DNA from: a virus
Taxonomy: Duplodnaviria > Caudoviricetes
DNA: 64,000 bases
Reading direction: 5' to 3' (one strand)
Virus record (IMG/VR): IMGVR_UViG_3300046522_000316
Location: 128,001-192,000 of that record
Of the stretch, positions 54,801-64,000 are shown one piece after another. The translations under genes and the position numbers were made by a program. The number at the start of each line of letters is the position of its first letter. The stretch's first letter is position 1. Below the pieces are notes generated by a model. It worked only from the letters and a program-made list of their open reading frames with translations, was not told where the DNA came from and searched no databases.

Positions 54801-55419
54801 GATTGATATTTATGTTGATTGTGCGCTGGCGTTTAGCGGCACGCTCTCAGGTGTTTCGCAAGCTGGTTTTTATGTCGCAGCCGGTAGCCATCTGGTAACA
54901 GTGTCGTACAAAAACATTCCGAACTGCACACCGGGTTATGTGATTTTCGCGATCATTAAACCGGACGGAAATGCAATGTACGCATCGACTCCGGGCGGTT
55001 GGACTTCTGCTGTCGGTTCGTTGAATGGTTTGGGTGTGCCGCTATACAACACGGTTTATCAAGGCCGTTTGATGACGCACATTTCGCCTTCCATTGCATC
55101 GGGCGGGCCTAACTACAATTGGTGGTCGGCTGAACGGGATATCACAATTCCGGCAGACGGAAACTATTACATTGTGGGCGCAGCGGATGATCAGCTAGGC
55201 GTTTATATCGGTTGCCAAGGGCGTGGCATCGGCGGGCAGATTTTCCCGTTGAAAGCAGGCCCGCAAAAAATGCAAATCCGTTGCTACAACTTGAAATCGA
55301 AGAATCCGAACTATTTCTGGTTCACGCTTTATAACTCGGCGGGGCAAGTTGTCTACGACAGCAGCGCAGCCGGTTGGAAAGGCAAATGGACGGATCTGGA
55401 TTTCTCTGGATTGAGCTAA
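51832..55419 (+). CDS. Cys-rich multidomain adhesin with split Calx-beta and four PA14-like domains
   Basis: Start ATG 51832 (the 51766 ATG lies inside the terminator). Four P.SG.Y.h.g.(A/G)DD-type motifs. Confidence 0.75.
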   Translation: MSELTIRSPNGAWVDICASEWKVLQDDGTWKEIDPVNDLRVRHGSNDYWLQINCDQDAAYCPPEQLADCWPGYSGNFDSSEFKPGGPTGYLVCDCDGLNCKTYTGHTPSYNVKGGRFISTSPVVEKTIAQSLPTTLFGSEAEITEVLVYAGTRSGHIEVSLLELDTGVRVRVYNDCILLGDSDVSGDYFNVFFNTEPPETNEDDCGDPIPANNFLTVRVDAPAGSRWRVKLGDVNVDQITSFQRPAPCFGTFGPNLPCFVNDENYLLPGEAVYENVHYLPTTGRVDIDLTVNGIDPVHFQVFYNGGLIGDLVTNNTPQLTQVAATLTFNHNVVGGDNFVVIRYTAPRQYNDWHYSIFCPGMRGSRINMMECMGVPDPVPYDVLCRPLNDSLDPYHAIVSRGAHTADIYYNYAGKARGDIVVEYFATDAVQLLFYQGSYPNETLLAGTVSTISGHNRFYFRFEPQNGSVVHVRVIGPCCPDWAFTMSCPVPPPVLNIQDAEIVRGSKGQTSYLCFDVVLENKTPRRTTFNWDTTPLTAIVSNDGSCSVTETVPNSPFCNILATGSGVEAGSTNDTWIGYSCYRIRSSLHSPNCAVGGQYYVVETEIELPYSGTYTMVGCADDNMVVYLDCVPKMSAPSWEYPVSAAISANAGWQTLSIMYQNVPNCTPGWAKLVILNSAGQVVFATSPYTHLWRSKVGGITANPPPLSITYGADYNKVLGSGAIEACNLSTRICVPVCGTDLMGPDVTFLLSLKDLTTAEPGKMSAIGTIKNPNHFECSQNPLDAVSGYGLNTYINRGAYNMYTGDLLTYGSGQKIMEADINIPASGLYTFFFHGMDNAVLTMDCQTIATVSGANGGVRAWAPANKGFRKFAIQYAMNASNSARAGYAALVIMDTQNRVVYASNPAHWRGKVLSAGTPPSCNQFPNTCNMTPAGGAAQFGGDAGVGYGAVAIYSTLHAPRCAVANTFYTLEQRLTFPVSGNYIFRGTGDDTIDIYVDCALAFSGTLSGVSQAGFYVAAGSHLVTVSYKNIPNCTPGYVIFAIIKPDGNAMYASTPGGWTSAVGSLNGLGVPLYNTVYQGRLMTHISPSIASGGPNYNWWSAERDITIPADGNYYIVGAADDQLGVYIGCQGRGIGGQIFPLKAGPQKMQIRCYNLKSKNPNYFWFTLYNSAGQVVYDSSAAGWKGKWTDLDFSGLS

Positions 55420-55430
55420 GGTGAAAATAC

Positions 55431-57467
<2,037 letters not shown>

Positions 57468-57472
57468 TGACG

Positions 57473-57502
57473 AAAAGGGGCCTATTTTTTGGCCCCTTTT
57501 TT
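57473..57502 (+). terminator. intrinsic terminator
   Basis: AAAAGGGGCC-tatttttt-GGCCCCTTTTTT. Confidence 0.8.
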
Positions 57503-57512
57503 GGAGTTTTTT

Positions 57513-60500
57513 ATGGCAGTGATTAAACTAAACGGCACGGCGCTCGCCTCTTCGCAATGGAACGATTTCGGAACCATTGCAGCAATTAACGACGGCAACA
57601 ACGCAACCGGTTGGTCTGGTGGTGGCGTTGGTGTTACGACCGACTGGGCCGCAATTCAATTTGCAGGCGCAGAAAAAGCAAAACAAGTAGACGCCTATTT
57701 CTATTCGTGGGGCAACACGATTGTAATCGGCTATTCGAATACTGCACCAACTTCGAAAGCAAGTTTTACCGTCGTCAGAACAATTGATGTTCGCGTAGAT
57801 CAGAATGATGACCTCGGTGTACCGTGGGCGCGACTGACAAAAAACACGATTATTTTGCCGGGTGATTCTGCTGGTGTGTATTGGGGTATTTATACCAACG
57901 ACGTAGGGCCGGGCAGACTCGGATTTAACGGCGGTGGCCTCGACCGCGCACGCATCATGGAATTGAATTTCTACAAAGATGACGTGATTGTTCCAGCACT
58001 GCCAGCCGGGCCAAATCCGAAACCACCGGTCACAACACCGACCAGCCCATTTGCAACAACGCCCGGTGGTTGGACACGAACTGAAATTGCTGCAAATGGA
58101 ACTGGCACGTTCACACCGGGCATTGATACGACGCTTATTGTTGTCGGCCTACAGGGCGCGGGTGCGGGCGGTCGGCCAAACGTTTCTGTAACCGGTCAAA
58201 CAACGCTGAATGATTCCACATTAAACGGCGGCGATACTTTTATTTCCAATGCAAATGGAGTTATTGCAAATGCTCCGGGCGCTATCGGAAATGTTCTTCC
58301 TTTTCCTGCGAAATTTGCGGGAAATTTGGGAACGCCTTGTGATTGGTTGCGGGCAATTGATAACAGCGCTCGCGCAGGTGGAACAACGGCAGTCGGATCT
58401 AACACCGGCACAGGCGGTGGGCAATCCTTAACAAGCGGCGTGGCGGGTGCAGCACTTACGCTCGCTGTGCAATATACAAACGGCCCGGTTACAGCGACCA
58501 CGACATTTACGGGAGCCGCTGCACTTCCGTTTACGCCGACTTATGTAAATGCGAGCCGCGTTTCCGGAACAGGTTTAACGACCTCGAACGGCTTGGCGCC
58601 ATCCGCTGGAAATCCAACAACGGGTTCCATCGAATTCGCATTTAAAGCGTATGCAGGCCAACAATTCACCGTCAACACCATTGCAATTGCGCCAGCGGGA
58701 GCCTGTACGCTCACGTATTATTTGAACGGCGTCGCAAAAGGAACAATTGTACAATCGGTGGGTAACGCAGTTCCTGTAGTTTTCACGGCTGAAGTTGACG
58801 GCACGCAAACCGTTAAATTCGAACTGATTATTACCGCAACAACAGGCACCGTTCCATTCCTCCGCATTTCGACTATGACGGTGGTTGGCGTAGGTCAGGC
58901 GGGTGCGCAGTCTGGTGCATCTGGTCGCGCATCGACGTTTATGTTTTTGCCGGAAACTTTCACTTATACCGTTGGTAAAGGCGGTGTAGGTCAACCCGGT
59001 GGTCAGGCTGTAAACGCAACGCATAACGGCACGCGTGGTTCTGGTGGCGGCGTGGGCGGTAACGGCGGCGATGGTGTAATCGTTATTTACGAATACAAAT
59101 CTCCATTGCCTTTGGAAAAAGCACCCCAACCGCTTTTCCCGAATTACAACGTAGCACTGGCCTCTGAAGTTTTGGCAGCATACCGCACAAACTATTTCGG
59201 TAGCTCTTCGAACGCTGCGGGTTTGGGTTGGAAAACTGCCACTTCTTTTACGCATAAACTTCGACCGCGCACGAAAAACGTTATTGCTCTTTTAACTGGC
59301 CCCGGTGGTCAGTGGCGCAGTCCGACACCTATTCTTTCTCCCGATCAATCGTTGCATACGGTTCTTACCAGCGGCACGCTCGTTAATACGGCGGAATCTG
59401 GCTGGACTGGTCAAACGTTTGGTGGTTCCACTGCGAATGGCGGCGTCGGCGGAATTATGCAGGACGGCGACAACGTTCTGTTTGCGGGACGCGGTACAAC
59501 GGGTCAGGGTACAGGCGGTTCTGATCAAAACCCCTCGGTTATTGCTGGCGGTTATGGTACTGGTGCGCAATCCAGTTATTTGTCGTTGGGCGGTGGCGGT
59601 TGTGGTGGTTACGGTCTGGTAATTATTCCAGCCTCACAATTTCCTGCTGATCGCACGTTGCAATTGCAGGTCGGTAACACCAACACGTCGGCGGGTGCAG
59701 GTGCAATTTTCCTGTACGAAACTGAATCGGATAACACGCCGTTTATTACGCAATTGGCGGAAGAAATTCTGTTCCAAAGCGGAATTGCAGCAACCGTAAC
59801 AACGCAGACCGCTGAACAGGTTTTGCTGAAGCAAACTAGCGCCGGTTCGAACATTTCGCAAACGTCGGAAAATATTCTCTACAAAGAATCCGACAGCACG
59901 AACAATATGCAAGTTTCGCACGCGCATATGGCGTTTGTTGTTGATGCCGACGATCCTGCCACGACCGTTACGCAGAACTCCGAAAACATTCTGTACCGTC
60001 AAGGCCCTGCATCGACATTTGTTTCGGTTGCAGCAGAAAACGTATTTATGCGCACGGGCACCCTGCCGTTTCGCATTAGCAGCACAGTGGAAATGGTTTT
60101 CGCCGCTGAATTGCCTTCCGTTTTCTGGTTGAATTTCGGCACCATTCAATATCCGTTGATTCGTAAATCCTACGATTCACAAATTGGCCGTGCAACCTCG
60201 GTTCAACCGGGCGCGTATATTCAATTGGAATCGCCGCACATGGATGGCACGACGCTGGTTGTTAACGGCGTGGAAGTGGGATTGAGTTCACCGGTTTCGA
60301 ATAACGATCAAATCCTTGTTCGCGGCGGCGTTACCAACTTTTTCCAAACGGAAATGAACGTCTACACCTACTACACGAAGAACGGACAAATCGCCCGTGA
60401 ATTGGTAGGTCAATGGAAATTCACACGTGAGCCGCTGACGCCAACAATCAGCCGCAAATACAGCGTGCCTTACACGAATACACAATGGATTAAAACCGGC

Positions 60501-61649
60501 GCCAATTATGGATTCGGCAATAATATTCCGTTGTGGACGCGTGCCCTTTCTGCAATCGGTGCAACATTGTCCGCGTTGTTTAGCAAAGCAATGACCAGCA
60601 TTTTCAGCGGAAATGGTGCGGTGGTTAGTCAGAATAATCACGATACATTCGCCGGGCCGACAGCAGAATTTACACAGGCTGATGCTGCCTATGCTGAAGG
60701 CGCAAAATCCATGATCACAAAAGCTCAAGAAGTTTTGGGCGAACAGATTGGTGGTGCTGGCGCAGCTGCCCCGCATGTAAATCTTCAGGCGTGGGATGGA
60801 TACACTCAAATGATTCCGGGCGCAGAGCCTGTAACCATGCTCGAATTTGAGCGAGTGCAGCAACACATTGACCATTACGAAAACACAGATTTCGTTGGCG
60901 ATATGCACGCAGGTTTCGGCGTGTGGACAGCCATTGATTATCTGACCGGCAACCCTGTCGGATTCGGAAAGGTCGCAAAAGAATACGAATATAACGCTGT
61001 CGGAAAATCCTATTCTTCTGAACAGGAATATACCGCGATCTATAACAGCGGCACGGGCAAACCGTTCTCGATGGGCTTCATTGGAACAATTGCCTATTCG
61101 GTTCTGGCTGGCGTTTCGTACACCAAAAACTCCGGCATTGGCACCGGCAATTGGTTGATGCCCGAAGGACAGGCTGATATTGCGCGGGCCGGTTTCGGTT
61201 TCGTGACAATGAATAGTGCAGAGCGTGCAATTGCGCATCCGCATTTGGCTGATCGTGGTGTTGAACGAAACGGCGAAATGAATCAGGGGTATTTTGAAAC
61301 CAGTCCGATTATGCACATTGTTGGGTTTGGATCGTTTGAACAATCGGTTGTAAAATCTTCGGTTAATTCCGGAACGTTTGTTCAGGGCGTTATCCACACA
61401 CGGCAATATTCGGCACTGGCAAACCTGACTGCCTATCGACCGGCAGAAGCAATTAGTGGGCGCGACAAAGCATCGTTGTACATGGGCTTCGATACGTTGC
61501 AGGATGTTCAAGATTTCACCGAACAGTATTCCGGCGTAACGACTCTGGCCGCGTACAATGGCTATGTCTACAACCTTGCAGTAGATAAATCGTTTGTTTG
61601 CGAAATCTATTTCAACGGCCCTATTTCCGGTCTTATTCAAGGTGGTTAA
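57513..61649 (+). CDS. large Gly-rich fibre protein (1378 aa)
   Basis: Start ATG 57513 after GGAG. Discoidin-like N-terminus (AINDGNNATGW...WAAIQF), two Gly-rich domains (GAGAGG...GGDGVIVIYEY and GPGG...GAGAIFLYE) and seven ~18-aa repeats. Confidence 0.75.
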   Translation: MAVIKLNGTALASSQWNDFGTIAAINDGNNATGWSGGGVGVTTDWAAIQFAGAEKAKQVDAYFYSWGNTIVIGYSNTAPTSKASFTVVRTIDVRVDQNDDLGVPWARLTKNTIILPGDSAGVYWGIYTNDVGPGRLGFNGGGLDRARIMELNFYKDDVIVPALPAGPNPKPPVTTPTSPFATTPGGWTRTEIAANGTGTFTPGIDTTLIVVGLQGAGAGGRPNVSVTGQTTLNDSTLNGGDTFISNANGVIANAPGAIGNVLPFPAKFAGNLGTPCDWLRAIDNSARAGGTTAVGSNTGTGGGQSLTSGVAGAALTLAVQYTNGPVTATTTFTGAAALPFTPTYVNASRVSGTGLTTSNGLAPSAGNPTTGSIEFAFKAYAGQQFTVNTIAIAPAGACTLTYYLNGVAKGTIVQSVGNAVPVVFTAEVDGTQTVKFELIITATTGTVPFLRISTMTVVGVGQAGAQSGASGRASTFMFLPETFTYTVGKGGVGQPGGQAVNATHNGTRGSGGGVGGNGGDGVIVIYEYKSPLPLEKAPQPLFPNYNVALASEVLAAYRTNYFGSSSNAAGLGWKTATSFTHKLRPRTKNVIALLTGPGGQWRSPTPILSPDQSLHTVLTSGTLVNTAESGWTGQTFGGSTANGGVGGIMQDGDNVLFAGRGTTGQGTGGSDQNPSVIAGGYGTGAQSSYLSLGGGGCGGYGLVIIPASQFPADRTLQLQVGNTNTSAGAGAIFLYETESDNTPFITQLAEEILFQSGIAATVTTQTAEQVLLKQTSAGSNISQTSENILYKESDSTNNMQVSHAHMAFVVDADDPATTVTQNSENILYRQGPASTFVSVAAENVFMRTGTLPFRISSTVEMVFAAELPSVFWLNFGTIQYPLIRKSYDSQIGRATSVQPGAYIQLESPHMDGTTLVVNGVEVGLSSPVSNNDQILVRGGVTNFFQTEMNVYTYYTKNGQIARELVGQWKFTREPLTPTISRKYSVPYTNTQWIKTGANYGFGNNIPLWTRALSAIGATLSALFSKAMTSIFSGNGAVVSQNNHDTFAGPTAEFTQADAAYAEGAKSMITKAQEVLGEQIGGAGAAAPHVNLQAWDGYTQMIPGAEPVTMLEFERVQQHIDHYENTDFVGDMHAGFGVWTAIDYLTGNPVGFGKVAKEYEYNAVGKSYSSEQEYTAIYNSGTGKPFSMGFIGTIAYSVLAGVSYTKNSGIGTGNWLMPEGQADIARAGFGFVTMNSAERAIAHPHLADRGVERNGEMNQGYFETSPIMHIVGFGSFEQSVVKSSVNSGTFVQGVIHTRQYSALANLTAYRPAEAISGRDKASLYMGFDTLQDVQDFTEQYSGVTTLAAYNGYVYNLAVDKSFVCEIYFNGPISGLIQGG

Positions 61650-61675
61650 TTTAATAGAAACGTTGGAGAACTCAC

Positions 61676-62098
61676 ATGGCGCTTACACCAGTAAAAAAGC
61701 TAAGTGAAGTCGGCAACCGAGTACGCAAGAATTTCGAATTGAAAACCTTGCTACTCGCCCCCAACGCTTCTGAATCTTTTGTGATTGATAGCGGTTCGTC
61801 CGCTATCGTCCAAAGGCTGGAAGTTAGTGGGCCGTGCGTGGTTGAAGTTTTCGGAACAGAAACACACAATCCGATCATTGATAAAACCCCGTATAAGTTT
61901 GTCGCCGTCGCTGGCCATCTTGTGGATGATGGCTCAACAACCCTTCGGGATGGAACCGTAATCAAATCGCGGCAATATTCGATTTTTGTGAATTTGGAAA
62001 ACCCGATCCGCCCGCAGGTGTACGGTCAAATCACGAACTCGCAGCCGGTCGCAGCCAGTATCACAATTAAACTTATGTACCTGACCGTCGAGGATTAA
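61676..62098 (+). CDS. hypothetical structural protein
   Basis: 140-aa ORF with GGAG upstream. Confidence 0.75.
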   Translation: MALTPVKKLSEVGNRVRKNFELKTLLLAPNASESFVIDSGSSAIVQRLEVSGPCVVEVFGTETHNPIIDKTPYKFVAVAGHLVDDGSTTLRDGTVIKSRQYSIFVNLENPIRPQVYGQITNSQPVAASITIKLMYLTVED

Positions 62099-62100
62099 AA

Positions 62101-63261
62101 ATGGGTATCGCACTTCTGAAAGAAGGATTCACCACGTCGGGCGCTGTCACGCTCGAAGTGATTGATAAAATGCTGGCGAATGGTTTTAAACCCATTTTCC
62201 CAGTTGATGGAACGAATGCCTACGTCAAACCAACCGGCGCAACCGCCGAGAAATTCATCGTGATTTTGGAAGCCGGGCCGACTGTTGACCCGTTGAATCC
62301 ATTGGTTCCGGTACAGGGCGTTCCTAACCAACCGTGGCGCGTTGCTTTCCACGTAACCGATAACGCAACGATGGGTGTTTTTGTCGGTTCTGCGCCTGCA
62401 CTTCCTGCAAGCGGCCAGCTGCCATTTACCACGGCTTCCGTAACCGAAACCACTACCACCACAACCCGCATCGTCGGCGCGAAAGGTATTGTTGGTGCGG
62501 ATTACACGCCGCCGAAAGTAAGCCAGCAAGCAAACCTGCCGTACTTCGTTGACGCCGCAGCTTTCGCCCCACACTGGAACCAAAAAACGGAAGGTTTCAT
62601 TAACCGCCGTACAAAAGTTTGGGTAGGTGCTGTCACCAATAGCGCAGTCGCACAAACTGAAACCGCGCCGGTTTATCCAGCCGATCCAGCGAAAGACGTT
62701 TCCGCAACTTTCCCGATGACGTATTACCTCGCGATTACTGATCGCGGTTTCTACCTGTCGATTTGGGAAGGTTCGGCTGCTGACATGAACGGTTCCAACT
62801 TTTCGTGGGTTCTGGTTCAGCGTCCGGTCAAGCGTGACACTGGTCTGGTTGTCACCGAAGGTAAAGCACCGGTTTTCTGCGTTAGTTCCGTGGGCAACGA
62901 AATCAATCGTTTCATCGTTCGCGAAGTTGACGTAACCGATGCGTCCGCGATTATCAGTGCCACCGAAGATTCGAAAGACGGCACCGCAATTATCAACGAC
63001 AAAAAACAAGTCGGTGTTTCCGAAAATAACCAGTACATCGTTAACTATCCGTCGCGCCTGAATACTCCGCGCTACGCATACACCTACGAACTAGACATGA
63101 TCGGTTACGCATCGGCTACCGTGATTTCCGGCACCACGGAAGTTCCGCAAACCCTGTACGGTGAAGCAACGCCGCGTACTTACATCGGCATGCATTCCAA
63201 CCTGCCAGCAAACAACGGCATGCGCATTGTCGCCCTGAAGAAAGGCGCGGGCATCGCGTAA
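62101..63261 (+). CDS. structural protein, paralogue A (candidate hair/whisker subunit)
   Basis: Colinear with the 63274 gene: LEA..TVDPLN...QPWRV, FPMTY.L.IT.RG..L.IWE, SWV..QRPV.R..G.....GKAPVFCV.S. Confidence 0.75.
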   Translation: MGIALLKEGFTTSGAVTLEVIDKMLANGFKPIFPVDGTNAYVKPTGATAEKFIVILEAGPTVDPLNPLVPVQGVPNQPWRVAFHVTDNATMGVFVGSAPALPASGQLPFTTASVTETTTTTTRIVGAKGIVGADYTPPKVSQQANLPYFVDAAAFAPHWNQKTEGFINRRTKVWVGAVTNSAVAQTETAPVYPADPAKDVSATFPMTYYLAITDRGFYLSIWEGSAADMNGSNFSWVLVQRPVKRDTGLVVTEGKAPVFCVSSVGNEINRFIVREVDVTDASAIISATEDSKDGTAIINDKKQVGVSENNQYIVNYPSRLNTPRYAYTYELDMIGYASATVISGTTEVPQTLYGEATPRTYIGMHSNLPANNGMRIVALKKGAGIA

Positions 63262-63273
63262 GGAGAGAAATAA

Positions 63274-64000
63274 ATGGCAGTTTCCGGATTTTATGTTCGC
63301 CGCAGCGGTTACACGCACGTTGGCGAATTGATGTTGGCAGTAATCAACGACCTGACCACGAATGGTTTTGTCGCACGTTTTCCAGCCGCTTGGGTTCCAC
63401 CAGTTGACGTGCCGGGCCGTTCCGCTTTCAAAGTTACTTTGGAAGCAAGCGAAACCGTTGACCCGCTGAATGCTACCGCGTTGCAAAATAAACAACCGTG
63501 GCGCGTTCAGATTCAGGTTTTCGACAAACACACCGCAGGCTTTACCGCAGGTTCGCAGCAATCTTTGCGCACCGATGGTTCGGCCAGCTACGGCACCCAA
63601 GGCACCACCACGAAAACCCTGAAAGGCCCGCTCGGTGCGGTCGGCGGTTACTACACGAAAAACCCTGCTGATATCGCGACGTTTGCACCAGACCCAACCA
63701 AACCGGCAGAAGGTTTTATCAACCGTAGTTCCCGCGTGCTGTTGGGCGCTGTCGATTTGTCCGATAGTTTCCCAATGACTTATTCGCTTTCGATCACTCC
63801 GCGTGGCGTGTCGTTGTGCATTTGGGAAGACTACGTTTCTGACAGCGGCGCCACCGCCGTTTCGTGGGTTGTGATTCAGCGCCCGGTTGCACGTGAAAAC
63901 GGCCAAATCGTTATCACAGGTAAAGCGCCGGTCTTCTGCGTTTACAGCACGAACGGAACCATTAACCGTTTTGTCGTGCGTGAAGCTGACGTGCTGCGCC
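63274..64000 (+). CDS. structural protein, paralogue B (truncated by window edge, absent from the ORF track)
   Basis: ATG 63274 after AAGGAG; frame open to the end of the window (MAVSGFYVRRSGYTHVGEL...). Confidence 0.8.
   Translation, partial: MAVSGFYVRRSGYTHVGELMLAVINDLTTNGFVARFPAAWVPPVDVPGRSAFKVTLEASETVDPLNATALQNKQPWRVQIQVFDKHTAGFTAGSQQSLRTDGSASYGTQGTTTKTLKGPLGAVGGYYTKNPADIATFAPDPTKPAEGFINRSSRVLLGAVDLSDSFPMTYSLSITPRGVSLCIWEDYVSDSGATAVSWVVIQRPVARENGQIVITGKAPVFCVYSTNGTINRFVVREADVLR

Overview
This window is a 64 kb segment of a large lytic myovirus (jumbo phage) genome, roughly 50% GC by eye, densely coding and using the standard genetic code. From left to right: (1) a DnaB-like helicase with a Lys-rich tail, a terminase large subunit with a 230-aa intein inserted in its Walker A motif, a KTSC-domain protein, a portal protein, a gp5/VgrG-like spike and small fibre genes; (2) a SprT-like protease, an MmcB-like nuclease and dTMP kinase; (3) a 13.5 kb run (15606-29105) of 14 genes whose mostly unrelated products all start with the same ~10-aa peptide, M(E/K)-h-x-h-A-(L/V/T)-(A/G)-(A/S). 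The tagged products include a type IB topoisomerase, a GNAT acetyltransferase, a probable ADP-ribosyltransferase-fold protein and three large tandem paralogues with divergent C-termini. I infer this is a head-targeting/processing tag on a set of packaged, injected effectors, and it is the most interesting signal here; (4) a minus-strand block with thyA, folA, a small P-loop kinase and short hypotheticals, two of which carry capsid A-domain-like motifs; (5) a baseplate module (PAAR, gp25-, gp6- and gp7-like) followed by ~20 kb of fibre genes: four paralogous collagens with a registered Cys, Cys-bracketed beta-modules, four PA14-like lectin domains, two Calx-beta domains split by inserted lectins, a Gly-rich 1378-aa fibre and a paralogous pair running off the end. 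Gene content recalls the 'hairy' jumbo myoviruses (Y3/Yoloswag/AD1/JA11, Lu11/RSL1 relatives); that assignment is from memory, not a database search. I found no tRNA, rRNA or CRISPR array. All domain calls are by visual motif recognition.
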